A DNA stretch of 63,909 bases, counting the filler, from Octopus bimaculoides (lineage: Eukaryota), in assembly GCF_001194135.2 (NCBI RefSeq). It is 5 parts of 4 records of this genome, joined end to end, with 100 filler letters (N's around TTAATTAATTAA, not from the genome) between each part and the next. Parts side by side here need not be neighbours in the genome. Positions count along the whole stretch, not along the records: positions 1 to 27,904 come from NC_068991.1; 4 more parts are not named here. One strand, written 5' to 3'. This document shows, in pieces, positions 1 to 13,359 of the stretch. Under the pieces are notes generated by a model. The model did not search any database. It was not told the origin of the DNA and was given only the letters and a program-made list of their open reading frames with translations. The translations under genes were made by a program, and so were the position numbers. Every line of letters begins with the position of its first letter. Within the stretch, counting starts at the first letter, position 1.

Positions 1-82
<82 letters not shown>
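1..82. repeat. (TG)n microsatellite
   Basis: Near-perfect TG run; representative of dozens of TG, TA and GA runs across the window. Confidence 0.98.
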
Positions 83-85
<3 letters not shown>

Positions 86-86
86 A

Positions 87-229
87 TTCGTTTCAGTCAT
101 GCTGGAGCACCGCCCTTAGTCGAACAAATTGACTCCAGGACTTATTCTATCGTCTCTTTTGACGAACAACTAAGTTACGGGTACGTAAACACACCAAAAT
201 CGGTTGTCAATCTCATGGTGGGGCGACAA

Positions 230-271
<42 letters not shown>

Positions 272-430
272 GACGGGTTCTTTCAGATTCCATCTACTAA
301 ATCCATTCCAATGATTTGGTCGGCCGAAGCCTGTAGTAGGAGACACTTGCCCAAGATGCCACGCAGTGTGACTGAACCCGGGGCCATGTGGTTGGTAAGC
401 AAGCTACTTACCACACAGCCACACCTGCGC
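87..430 (-). mobile_element. tRNA-derived SINE family B with internal (CA)/(TA) microsatellite
   Basis: Reverse complement reads GTGGCTGTGTGGTAAGTAGCTTGCTTACCAACCACATGG..GGGTTCAGTCAC (A/B-box-like head); same sequence recurs at 21.0, 32.1, 35.0 and 58.3 kb. Confidence 0.85.
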
Positions 431-620
431 CTATATATATATATATATAGGAACCAAACAGATGTTACAGAAAACACACCAAATGTTCCAATTTCCAAAT
501 TTTAGTAGTGACTTTCTCATTGTTTGGAAATAAACTTATTGCATTCTACTTCAACAACTTCTGTTATCTCCCTAAATTGTGAAACACTTTTGTCAGCATG
601 TAACAAAACATCGTATGTGT

Positions 621-700
621 TTGCGCGTGTGCACTTGCGCGTGTGCACTTGCGCGTATGCACTTGCGCGTGTGCACTTGCGCGTGTGCACTCGCGCGTAT
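621..700. repeat. 14-bp minisatellite (GCACTTGCGCGTGT)n, about 5.5 copies
   Basis: Tandem units read directly from the sequence. Confidence 0.9.
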
Positions 701-1454
701 TCAAGGATTCTTTCTGCTCTAAATCTAGTATTTAAATTCCATTCAATAAGATTTCACTAGGCAGCTAAACAACAACGTCAACTTCTGAAGAATACATCTT
801 TAGATAAAAAGAATACTTTTTTTCTAAAACGTGATATGATTGCAAAGTTGAAATCACCAAACAATTACATTGATTAATTGGAAGTATATCATGATAATCC
901 AAAAACGGCAGGGCAGCGTTCTTTCTCACTCCATTTCACATTTTGGCACACAGCCAGAATATTTTTTGCAAAACAATATTTGTAATTTTGTAACGTAATT
1001 AATTATTTAGATATATGTAAAATACGAAAATCATGAAAGTAAATGTGCTTCCAGCTATCGTTTGTAAGATGCATTCTAAGTTAGTTTTTGGCTCAAATGC
1101 TGTATTTGCATTGTATGGATGTAGTAGAGATAAATAGATAAACTGACGCAAAGCAGCGATTCGAACTCGAAATCGAGAAGATTGCAAGTAAATACAGTAA
1201 AACACACGAACTTTTTTTAGAAGTACCTATGTAGTGAAAAGAAGGATATCTCGTGTTCTGTGATTCTCTGTTCCCTTGGAAGAAATTAAATTATTCAACT
1301 TGAAAAGTTTCTTGTCTCTCAGACTCAACATAACGTCAGATTTCACTTCTCCCAAACTAATCGAAACTCATAAAATTTACAGTATAATATTTGACGGCAG
1401 AGACCAAAACCAGCTTCCTAGAATATGTTTATCGTTTTCACTTATTCTGTATTG

Positions 1455-1456
<2 letters not shown>

Positions 1457-1521
<65 letters not shown>
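1457..1521. repeat. (ATT)n microsatellite
   Basis: Pure ATT run; explains the poly-Leu in ORF 1276..1683. Confidence 0.97.
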
Positions 1522-1522
<1 letters not shown>

Positions 1523-2158
1523 TTCTTTTTTGCACAATTAAACGCTCTATTGCTTCTGTCGTAGAAGCATACAGCTACAGCCCTATGTATTGCGCCTCAG
1601 AAAATATCAACGAAACAAAGAAAAATGATTCAGTTAAAACACGAATATATATTGTCTATAAAATATCTTTAAAACGGAGATGAGATAAGCAAGAGCCACC
1701 ATTCTCACATACAATAATAGACAGCAAAATTCTTTACTGCTCTTAAAAACTGTTATATTAATAATAAATATAATATTTCAAATCCAAAGTGAATAAATCA
1801 TATTTGTTTTAAAATAGATATATATAGATTCATTTTTTTTTTCTTTTTCTTCTTTTTTTTTACAAATAAGCATAAAAGTAATAACAATAGACTTACGATT
1901 TTATGAGAAAATGAAAGATTTGCTAGGAGAGAAATAGTATTATACAGTTCACTTCAAAACTTTTTATAGCTTACTAAACATTGAATATAATTTCAGTTTC
2001 CCAAGAGCGATCTCTATTTTACCCAATCAAATTGTGTAAATATATAACTAGTTCTAAAAGTGTATCTTGCAATCTAGATAAACAACGTTTAATTTCCTAC
2101 TGTAGTAAGTCGGTAAATGCTTGCCTGTAGCATTGGGCCAGAATGATAATTATGTGGA

Positions 2159-2159
<1 letters not shown>

Positions 2160-2210
<51 letters not shown>

Positions 2211-2227
2211 CATCTATCTATCTATCC

Positions 2228-2259
<32 letters not shown>

Positions 2260-3024
2260 ACCTATCTATTTATCTATCTGTCTGACTGTTTGTCTGTCCG
2301 CCTATCCATCAATCTATCAATCCATCTATCTGTCTGTCTGTCGGACTGTCTGTCTGTCTATCTATCTATCTACCTATCTATCTACCTATCAACTTATCTA
2401 TCTACTTATCTATTTATTTATCTATCTATCCATCCATCCATCTATCTNNNNNNNNNNNNNNNNNNNNNNNNNNNNNNNNNNNNNNNNNNNNNNNNNNNNN
2501 NNNNNNNNNNNNNNNNNNNNNNNNNNNNNNNNNNNNNNNNNNNNNNNNNNNNNNNNNNNNNNNNNNNNNNNNNNNNNNNNNNNNNNNNNNNNNNNNNNNN
2601 NNNNNNNNNNNNNNNNNNNNNNNNNNNNNNNNNNNNNNNNNNNNNNNNNNNNNNNNNNNNNNNNNNNNNNNNNNNNNNNNNNNNNNNNNNNNNNNNNNNN
2701 NNNNNNNNNNNNNNNNNNNNNNNNNNNNNNNNNNNNNNNNNNNNNNNNNNNNNNNNNNNNNNNNNNNNNNNNNNNNNNNNNNNNNNNNNNNNNNNNNNNN
2801 NNTATAGGTGCATAAATACATACATACATACATACATACATACATGCATGCATACATACATACATACATACATACATACATACATGCATGCATACATACA
2901 TACATACATACATACATACATGCATATAGGGAATGCGGTAAAATAAAGGGTCTTTTCGTTTATTAACTTTCATTAAACGAAAGTAAGTTACTGTAGTTTG
3001 TTAATTTCAGTTTCACTTTTTTTA

Positions 3025-3077
<53 letters not shown>

Positions 3078-3414
3078 CAGATAGATAGATAGATAGATGG
3101 ATAGATAGAGAAAGAGAGAGAGAGGAGAAATAGAGAGAAGAGGAGACCAGCTGAGGTGTAAAGAACAAAAATCGGAGGAGCAATTATAATGTATGTATTT
3201 TAAACATATTCAAGTTTATTTTACATTACATAACAATATTCTACTCTATAAACTTATATATATACATATACGCATCTACAAATATGCAAATGTGTGTATA
3301 AACCCATACATACAGGTATATAAATTCACAAATTTATGATCAACTATAATTTATTTCCTAAATTTATTTTGTAATATAAGAAAGGCATAAATAATTAATA
3401 TATACATATGTGTG

Positions 3415-3502
<88 letters not shown>

Positions 3503-3585
3503 GACAAAGAGAGACAAAGAGAGAGAGAGATGGAGAGATAGAGAGAGATGGAGAGAGAGAGATGGAGAGAGAGAGAGAGAGAGAG
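2160..3585. repeat. Compound microsatellite block: (TATC)n, gap, (TACA)n, (GATA)n, (TA)n(GA)n
   Basis: Read directly; the N-gap 2448-2802 lies inside it. Confidence 0.95.
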
Positions 3586-4250
3586 ATTACTTTTCTGAAG
3601 ACTTTTATGAGACAGTCAATGACTTTCTGATTTAGAAGACATTAAGCTTCCTGTAATTTCAGTTCAATACCAGACGAATTATTAGCTGATCAAAACTGTT
3701 TTTATTAGGTTTAAATCTTTAAAATATAAGTGGTATACCGTTCATTATATGCTATATGACCATTAAAGCAACACGTTTTAAAGAGGTCTCGTCTACTGGA
3801 ATAAAAGTTTTAGACGCGGTAATGTCGCAATTTACGTGGTTATAATTTGTTATGAGATTATTGAGAAAACAGAATTGGTAAATCTAAACAAACTCCTCAG
3901 CTTTATCACTGTACGTTTCGACTTGACTGTTACGTAGCCCATATCACTTACACTTTTGCACGTTTACATCTTCCACTCATAAGAATGCGGTCATGCTGGA
4001 GCAGTGCATTATATTTTAAGTCAAACAAATAGACTCCTGTACTATTTTAATCTAATATCAATTTTCTCTTTTCCCAATATGTATGTGTGTATTTGTATGT
4101 AAATATGCACATGTGTGTGTACCATGTCCAATATTACTTTTATATGGTTGCAGAGAAGGCTTGCAGGTTAGACCTTACATTAATTAAAAGTTTCAATTTT
4201 GGTGGGTGAGTTGTTGTTTACAAGATTTTTGCGATTTCGAACCCTCATCC

Positions 4251-4337
4251 TTTCTGTGCAAGTTGCTCTCAGCTCCAGATTTCTGTCTAAGCTGCTCTCA
4301 GCTCCACATGCCTGTGCAAGTTGATTTCAGCTCCAGA
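4251..4337. repeat. 29-bp tandem repeat, 3 copies
   Basis: TTTCTGTGCAAGTTGCTCTCAGCTCCAGA / TTTCTGTCTAAGCTGCTCTCAGCTCCACA / TGCCTGTGCAAGTTGATTTCAGCTCCAGA. Confidence 0.9.
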
Positions 4338-4641
4338 TATAAAGTATTTATCTCATATATGTTTTAATCATTAGACTGCGGCCATACAAGGGCACAGTCA
4401 TAACGGAATTTTTTGTCTAACGAATCGATGCCAGTAAATATATAAATTGGTTTTAAATCTTATAATAATAAAACTTATATAATAATATAAAACTTATAAT
4501 AATATAACTAGAAATATATATTTATAAACGCATATATATGCTGTTCTATCAGTATTTATGCGTTGAAAAATATATCTTTCTACTTACATTATTTACATTA
4601 TTTACATTTGACGGATATTTGTCCTCACCTTGTTTGTTGTT

Positions 4642-4688
4642 AACACAACGTTTCGGCTGATATACCCTCCAGCCTTCATCAGGTGTCT
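4642..4688 (-). ncRNA. Minimal type I hammerhead ribozyme motif (dimer-type)
   Basis: Minus strand: AGACAC-CTGATGA-A-GGCTG(GAGGGTATAT)CAGCC-GAAA-CGTT-GTGTT. It has the core CUGANGA and GAAA, 5-bp helix II, helix I GACAC/GTGTT, self-complementary ACGU helix III and a GUU cleavage triplet. Confidence 0.7.
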
Positions 4689-4879
4689 TGAGGAAATTCC
4701 GAACCTGGGTTCTCATTCCTAAGGTATTTTTCGATATTGTGGTTGTTGTTATTATTATTATTATCATTATTATTATTATTATTATTATTTCTACTTGTTC
4801 TACAATATATTTCAAAGTGTCAAAAACAAACTTATGTTTGTTTAGATATGACGTAACTTATAATAATGATTTCAAATTT

Positions 4880-5310
4880 TGGCAGAACTCCAGTAAATTC
4901 GGGAGGGTGGGTAAGTTGGTTATATCGGCCCCCAGTATTCAACAGTTACTTATTTCATCGACATTGAAAGGCTGAAAGGTAAGTCGACCCTGGCGGTATT
5001 TAAACTCGGAACTTAAAGTCAGGCGACATGCCGCTAAACATTTTACCCCGTGTGCTAATGATTGTGCAAGGCCACCGTCTTTTTAAGAAAGCTCTCATAA
5101 TCCTTTCTACTATAGGCACAAGTCCTGGATTTTGTGGCGAGCAGGACAGTCGATTACATCGATCCCACTACTCAACTGGTACTTGATTTATCGACCCCGA
5201 AAGGGTGAAAGGCAAAATCGACCACGGCAGAATTTGAACTCAGAACGTAGCGGCAGACGAAATACCGCTAAGCATTTTGTCCGGCGTGCAAACGATTCTG
5301 CCAGCTCGCT
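4880..5310 (-). mobile_element. Two head-to-tail copies of tRNA-derived SINE family A (one decayed, one near consensus)
   Basis: Reverse complement of 5100-5310 reads GCGAGCTGGCAGAATCGTTTGCACGCCGGACAAAATGCTTAGCGGTATTTCGTC..GAGTTCAAATTCTGCC, matching the 44-45 kb array units. Confidence 0.85.
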
Positions 5311-5574
5311 ATCTTATTTTTTTTAACTCTTATAATAATGAAATTTATGACGAGATTTGTATATATTACCACACTGGCTTCAAGCGAATCTTTTCCGAAC
5401 TTAAATATAATAACGTTTCTGCCGTTTCTCTATGATTATATACATTTTTTGTGCAACATTTACTAAATTCGGTAGATATGGAATATAAATAAGAATAGAC
5501 AAAGCTTAACTAACTGAACTACATAAATTCTCATATTGCAATAAAATATATGGTTGTATTATAATAAGCAAATA

Positions 5575-5775
5575 GGCATTGCGCGGGCAGAATCGTTCAC
5601 GTGTCGGAGAAAATGCTCAGCGGTAATTTTTTCAGCCTTACGTTCTGCACTCAAGGGTTGACTGTGATTTCATCTTTTCGGGTTCGATAAATTAAATAAC
5701 GGTTGAGAACTAGGATCGAAGTAATGAACTAAGCCCCTCCCCTCAAAATTTAAGGCCTTGTGCCAACAGCAGAAA
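5575..5775 (+). mobile_element. SINE family A, decayed
   Basis: GGCAGAATCGTT..AAATGCTCAGCGGT..TTTCATCTTTTCGGGTTCGATAAATTAA..GGCCTTGTGCC. Confidence 0.75.
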
Positions 5776-6019
5776 AAGTATATCATAATATACGCAGAAT
5801 AAAATAGTATATTCTACAGAAAATATAATTACCTTGTCGTTGTTTCAATGAAAATATTGAGATTTGTTCGTCTTCTCTGCCGTTTCATTTTCTAGACATG
5901 CCGTATTTTATGCATGACGGGAAGTATCGATATGTAACAAACACTGCATGTGCATTAAATTGTATTAATGGATTTTTTCAGGTTTGGAGCCTATTACTTC
6001 AGTGGAAATAAATTCACAG

Positions 6020-6052
<33 letters not shown>

Positions 6053-6572
6053 NNNNNNNNNNNNNNNNNNNNNNNNNNNNNNNNNNNNNNNNNNNNNNNN
6101 NNNNNNNNNNNNNNNNNNNNNNNNNNNNNNNNNNNNNNNNNNNNNNNNNNNNNNNNNNNNNNNNNNNNNNNNNNNNNNNNNNNNNNNNNNNNNNNNNNNN
6201 NNNNNNNNNNNNNNNNNNNNNNNNNNNNNNNNNNNNNNNNNNNNNNNNNNNNNNNNNNNNNNNNNNNNNNNNNNNNNNNNNNNNNNNNNNNNNNNNNNNN
6301 NNNNNNNNNNNNNNNNNNNNNNNNNNNNNNNNNNNNNNNNNNNNNNNNNNNNNNNNNNNNNNNNNNNNNNNNNNNNNNNNNNNNNNNNNNNNNNNNNNNN
6401 NNNNNNNNNNNNNNNNNNNNNNNNNNNNNNNNNNNNNNNNNNNNNNNNNNNNNNNNNNNNNNNNNNNNNNNNNNNNNNNNNNNNNNNNNNNNNNNNNNNN
6501 NNNNNNNNNNNNNNNNNNNNNNNNNNNNNNNNNNNNNNNNNNNNNNNNNNNNNNNNNNNNNNNNNNNNNNNN

Positions 6573-6611
<39 letters not shown>

Positions 6612-7019
6612 GTATACATATACATACATAGAAAGATACGTTGATATACGCACAGTTATACGCCCATATAAACGAATATGTGTTCATACATGTGCGTTCA
6701 TATGTGAAATTTATACTCTGTGTATTCTATCGAACTGGGAATCAATCCAAGTGTTAGAATCATGAATAAGTTAAAAAGTATTAAAAACTGATGCAAAACT
6801 CGACGGACTAAAAATCCTGAGGCTAATGATTATAAACTTATAGAGAAAAAGTAAGGTATTAGCATTCAGATAATAAACATAGCAAGAATATGAATTAATG
6901 GAGTCGTCGTGAATAAGATGTATCATTATGTAACGTTAAAATATATACAAATGATAGAGAAAATACGTTACACCCAGTAACACATATATGCATATGCACA
7001 CACCTATACATATATATAT

Positions 7020-7072
<53 letters not shown>

Positions 7073-7158
7073 CAAAAAGATAGACAGATAAAATGATAGA
7101 TATATATAGAGGTATATATAGATACACACATACACGTAAGTATATGCAGACAGACAGA

Positions 7159-7191
<33 letters not shown>

Positions 7192-7198
7192 TTTCTAT

Positions 7199-7240
<42 letters not shown>

Positions 7241-7493
7241 AAGGGTGCAAAAGTCGGTATACAGTAAGTATCACACGAATAGTATAAAACTTAATTCCTT
7301 AAAATTATTAGTAAATTGAATTAGTTAGCCTCATTTTTTCATATTTTCAGTATCATTAATCATAAGAATACATTTATTATATCTATAAATGAATCTTATA
7401 CGTGTTTTCTTTTGTCATAACTGTATACCTACTGTTGCACTACATACATATATATATATGCGTGCATGCGTGTATCTCTGTGTGTGTATGTGT

Positions 7494-7873
7494 GGAGGCG
7501 CAATGGCCCAGTGGTTAGTGCAGCGGACTCGCGGTCATAGCATCGTGGTCTCGATTCCCAGACCGAACGTTGTGAATGTTTATTGAGCGAAAATACCTAA
7601 AACTGCACGAGGCTCATGTAGGGGCTGGTGGTGAACTCTGGTGTACTCTTTGACCACAACTTTCTCTCACTCTTTCTACCATTTTCTGTTGTACCTGTAT
7701 TTCAAAGGGCCAGCCTTGTTACTCACTGTGCCATGCTGAATCTCCTCAAGAACTACGTTAAGGGTACACATGTCTGGAGTACTTAGCCATTTACACGTTA
7801 ATTTCATGAGCAGGCTGTTCCGTTGATCGGATCAACTGGAACCTACCACGTCATCGTAATCGACGGAGTGCCA
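7494..7873 (+). mobile_element. tRNA-derived SINE family C
   Basis: tRNA-like head GGAGGCGCAATGGCCCAGTGGTTAG..GGTCTCGATTCCC; 3' body AATTTCATGAGCAGGCTGTTCCGTTGATCGGATC..GACGGAGTGCC shared with 11.2 and 24.0 kb. Confidence 0.85.
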
Positions 7874-7875
7874 TG

Positions 7876-7970
<95 letters not shown>

Positions 7971-9852
7971 TATATGAGTGTGTATATATGTATACATTTA
8001 TACCAAATAAGCAATTTATGTGATATTTTAAAAAGTAAAAATGAAAATATAAGAATATCGATAAAATAGAGAAGATAAGTAACAGATACATAGTGTCGGA
8101 CAAATTCTGGTGGCATTGTGTGAAAGAATATAAAATCATATATTATCAAGGGTTATATAATAGTGACATCAAAACTTGAGAATACATTGAATTCAGTTTA
8201 GGTTAAGGGTCAACAGATATGAATTGTGAGGTGAACATAATGTTAATGTGTAGGTAAGATAAGATCAGAATTATGTACCAAAATATAAAGAACCAACGAA
8301 ACAAGTTATGAAACATAAAGTTGACGACAATGAACTATGATGAAAGAGGTAGCAGACTTGTGTGAAAGGTGAAAATGTAATATTGGGTGAATAGAAAATG
8401 GTGTGATGTATATTATAAAAGGCGGTTCGATTTTTGCAGTAATGCTCAGCGGTGATGATAATTTTAAAACTTTTTCGGTTTGAAGATTTTATCTGAACCT
8501 AGGAAGCCAGCACAAAATGTCTGCTGTGTGAATTTGCCTCAGAGAAGTGACTTGCAAGGAGATTTTCAGAAATCAACGTTTCGATTTACATTATTGACAT
8601 GACTTGTACTTGGCTTCTTATATCTGAATGGTTCTCAGTATTTTCAACTTCATATTATGGTGCATAATTCTTGAATGTGAAGACTATAACTAGCTATGTA
8701 ATGAAGCATATTTTGCCCTCTTCATTTACAAAATATTTCGGTGAGTTGGCAGTATTTTCTTTCGAATGGGTTGGTTTTAAATCGATATACGATGGCGGTG
8801 TGTGATTTGCTCGCATCGTTGCTTATTGCACTACATTATTCGATGCTACTTCAATCCCCGTTTAAACGACAAAATGAAAGGCTAAAGCAATTACGATCAC
8901 TTAAACATATGGCACGATTTTGTTTATTAGGCTTACATAAAGTTTGATAAATTAGAATTCATAGTAGTCTGTTCGTAGTTAGCTATCATAGAGTGCGATA
9001 TGTTTGTTAAAACAGATCATAGAGAACCACACCTTTCTCCGTATACAACTCTAAACACGATATCTTATTCACATGAAATTACTTTTACACGTTTCAAATA
9101 AATTTCCCACCTCATCCTTCAGACTTAATTTCAATTCTAATGTGAAATATGTCCTATGTTTATTCATAGTTTCTATTACATTTACTTAAATTTTTTATAG
9201 CCTCCCCATTATTATCTCTTCATTAATATCGCTTGTCCTCGTCTATAATCGCATTCATTTATTCATTTTTATATATCGCTACACAAAATTCATGACTTCA
9301 CGCATTTACAAACCACGCCAAACCTCAATATGGGTCAGGAACTGACCTCTACCTTATTGTTTATTTTCATTATCTAATATTAACATTCTCAACGTTTTAG
9401 TCTTACTTATAGGTTTTTACCCACATTGTTTGAACTTTTAACTCATTGCTTCAGATTATATATATTCTTCAAATTGTATGCTTTGATATACAGGACAGTC
9501 AAGAAAATTGATCAAAAGCCATTCTCGAGCCATATTGTGCAACTGATATACATAGATATGCATGTGTCTATGTGTTTCTGAGTATGCGGGTGTTCGGGTC
9601 CGTTTGTAGACGTCCCCCTTTTACCAACTAAGAGTTTTGAGCCCAATATTCATTATTAAATTATTTATTTCATATATACATATTTATGTGTGTGCATGTA
9701 TGTGCGCGCGCGTCTGTATATANNNNNNNNNNNNNNNNNNNNNNNNNNNNNNNNNNNNNNNNNNNNNNNNNNNNNNNNNNNNNNNNNNNNNNNNNNNNNN
9801 NNNNNNNNNNNNNNNNNNNNNNNNNNNNNNNNNNNNNNNNNNNNNNNNNNNN

Positions 9853-9891
<39 letters not shown>

Positions 9892-11227
9892 CAGATTACA
9901 AGCATATATAAGGGTAAGTAGGTATTTTATTTTTCATGTGCTTTCTATTAAGTGTGATCGTTTTAATCAAGGTAGTCTCTTATTTTTATATGGGGTATTT
10001 ATGGTTTGATCAGACTATTAAAGTTCACAAACTTATCATAAATATTTCTAGATTTTCGTAGTGTTATCTCGATAAAGTGATTCTTTGATGCTGGTGCGTG
10101 TTGCTGCATTATTATTTTATACAAGTCCCGTGTGTCTACTGAAGCTATTCACGCCGAATTTGGATGTTAGATCACTAGATATACACTCCATCAGTCAGGT
10201 ATTCATTTTTGATTATGACTGACGTAAGTATGTTATTTGCTTATTTTAGTATATGAAATGTTACGTATATTTATCCCATCTTTTCACTACAATGAATTTT
10301 ATTACACAAAACACAAAACTATTTCGAAATGAATTAGTAAACCAAATATCGATACTATACAAAAATAATTCTCGAAATGGAGGATTAATGATAAAAGAAA
10401 TGAAGTAATGTTCATAACACACCAAGATGCTAAAAATAATCCCACAGATAACGAAACCAACAGAAACTAGACAGAAGCAAACAAAAAAATGATAAAGTAG
10501 ATAAGGAATAAATCTTCTGGTCAAGACACAACACGTTCCAGCTGTAAAGTCAACATCATTCACACTGACTCACCCGCCTACTCTAGAGAGGCAGTAATAC
10601 ACATCATAACCTCTTCGTTGAGAAGATAAGAAGATTTAGAAACGTTGATGATGTTTGGGCGAGTTTATCTTTCCGAAGAAAAAACAAAAAATAAAACAAA
10701 AAGGTAGTTAGAAACTGCAAGGAACTTATGCGTGCTAGGAAGAAGAATACCTTTAAAAATGTACGTGTACATAGGTATGTGTACAGAGACAGATATAATT
10801 CTAGATTTTGAAGAGGCCAAGTATGTTTAACAACGTTTGTTGTATACATAGTGTATGCTGCAAGCCGAAAAGTTTCACTGTATATATATATATATATATA
10901 TNNNNNNNNNNNNNNNNNNNNNNNNNNNNNNNNNNNNNNNNNNNNNNNNNNNNNNNNNNNNNNNNNNNNNNNNNNNNNNNNNNNNNNNNNNNNNNNNNNN
11001 NNNNNNNNNNNNNNNNNNNNNNNNNNNNNNNNNNNNNNNNNNNNNNNNNNNNNNNNNNNNNNNNNNNNNNNNNNNNNNNNNNNNNNNNNNNNNNNNNNNN
11101 NNNNNNNNNNNNNNNNNNNNNNNNNNNNNNNNNNNNNNNNNNNNNNNNNNNNNNNNNNNNNNNNNNNNNNNNNNNNNNNNNNNNNNNNNNNNNNNNNNNN
11201 NNNNNNNNNNNNNNNNNNNTATATATA

Positions 11228-11530
11228 GGAGCACTCCATCGGTTACAACAACGAGGGTCCCAGCTGATACGATCAACGGAACAGCTTGCTCATGAAATTA
11301 ACATGCAAGTGGCTGAGCACTCCACAGACACGTGTACTCCTAACATAGTTCTCAGGGAGATTCAGCGTGACACAGAATGTGACAAGGCTCACCCTTTGAC
11401 ATACAGGTACAACTCATTTTTGCCAGCTGAGTGGACTGGAACAATGTGAAATAAAGTGTCTTGATGAAGGACACAACGCATTGACGGGAATTGAACTCAC
11501 GACCTTACCATCGTGAGCCGAATACCCGAA
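11228..11530 (-). mobile_element. SINE family C-related copy
   Basis: Reverse complement matches 24024-24345 in body and B-box (GAGTTCAATTCCC). Confidence 0.8.
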
Positions 11531-11864
11531 GTGCTTTCACTATATATCTATATGCATGTGTGTGTATAGAGGATATAGAATAACATGGAATATTAATAAT
11601 ATCGCATATGGCGGGGAGGGGTGTGATGAGAAAGTCAGTGTATTTAGTCCGGAATATTTGCAACGAGGTAAGATTTAGGAACAAGCATAACCGTATGTTT
11701 AATTAGTTCGATTCGCAATGAAATGGATTTTAGGTTCAGTTCTAGTGCAAGGCACCTCACAAAAATATCCCCATTATGCCTACGGGCCAAGCAAAGCCTT
11801 AAGAGTGAATTTGGTGCACAGGATTTTCGAATAGGTCCATCGTAAACACACACACAGACAATAT

Positions 11865-11907
<43 letters not shown>

Positions 11908-12409
11908 NNNNNNNNNNNNNNNNNNNNNNNNNNNNNNNNNNNNNNNNNNNNNNNNNNNNNNNNNNNNNNNNNNNNNNNNNNNNNNNNNNNNNNNNNNNNN
12001 NNNNNNNNNNNNNNNNNNNNNNNNNNNNNNNNNNNNNNNNNNNNNNNNNNNNNNNNNNNNNNNNNNNNNNNNNNNNNNNNNNNNNNNNNNNNNNNNNNNN
12101 NNNNNNNNNNNNNNNNNNNNNNNNNNNNNNNNNNNNNNNNNNNNNNNNNNNNNNNNNNNNNNNNNNNNNNNNNNNNNNNNNNNNNNNNNNNNNNNNNNNN
12201 NNNNNNNNNNNNNNNNNNNNNNNNNNNNNNNNNNNNNNNNNNNNNNNNNNNNNNNNNNNNNNNNNNNNNNNNNNNNNNNNNNNNNNNNNNNNNNNNNNNN
12301 NNNNNNNNNNNNNNNNNNNNNNNNNNNNNNNNNNNNNNNNNNNNNNNNNNNNNNNNNNNNNNNNNNNNNNNNNNNNNNNNNNNNNNNNNNNNNNNNNNNN
12401 NNNNNNNNN

Positions 12410-12488
<79 letters not shown>

Positions 12489-13359
12489 TTATATGTCTTT
12501 CTTTACTTGGAGTATGTATGAATGTACTTCGGCGCATAAATAGTGGTGATAGTGTAGCAGCTCGACACAATGAACTGGTTGAATATGTATCAGTCATCCA
12601 AATAAGTTCTGAACTTGATTCCGTCGACTCAACTTTTCAAACCAGTGTCCCACGGTTGATGCGGTGCAATGACTAATGCTAGCAATAGAATATACATACA
12701 GATACATAGGTTTTTGTGCGAGTAAGTTTTAATGTTATATCTTTTACGGATTTCAATCATTAAACTGCAGCCAAGTTGGGGTACTGCCTTCGAGGAAGTT
12801 AACCGAACGAATCAACCCTATTACATATTGTTTTTAACCCTGGCACTCATCCTGTTGCTGAACGGCTAAGTTTACATAAATACACCACAACCGGTTGTCA
12901 AGCAGCTTTGACACACACATAGACACACACACACATAAATATATTTATAGTCGGAGTAAGTAATACTTTTACATTTAGGTATACAATTTTTAGTTTGCTA
13001 TTTAAAACGCCTTCACCGTATTTGGCTACCTGATGCCATCAACAGAGTGCAATTATATTCCACTGCATTTATCTGATTATTTCTATCAGATGGGATCTTC
13101 ATTCTATATCAGTCCCTTGTACAGACGCTCAGCACACCAAAACTGCTAAAATGGATTGGTATGCAAATAAGTGAAAAGGCAAATAAAAAACGAGCTACTT
13201 GTTGACAATGCACCTGAGAAGACATATCTTCATTTATGATGCGCCACAATTGATTGTACAGTATTTCACCTCCGAGTTACCGGTTTCACAATGAGGCGAA
13301 ACGATCGTAGTGAATAAAGAGTCCTATGAATTTCATTTTCTTCCCCTCATATTTTCATA

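Noticed and set aside
2-505. Long ORFs such as MCVCVC.., YIYIYI.. and those spanning X-runs throughout the track
   Set aside because: They are translations of microsatellites, SINEs and N-gaps, not genes.
1142-1190. TDAKQRFELEIEKIA followed by GTAAAT as a possible exon
   Set aside because: An in-frame TAA lies immediately upstream and there is no convincing acceptor.
1276-1683. 135-aa ORF with a poly-Leu 'transmembrane' stretch
   Set aside because: The poly-Leu is an (ATT)n microsatellite and no domain is recognisable.
7494-7570. tRNA genes here and at 24024, 52270 and 55884
   Set aside because: No complete cloverleaf; each head runs into a repeat body, as expected for SINEs.
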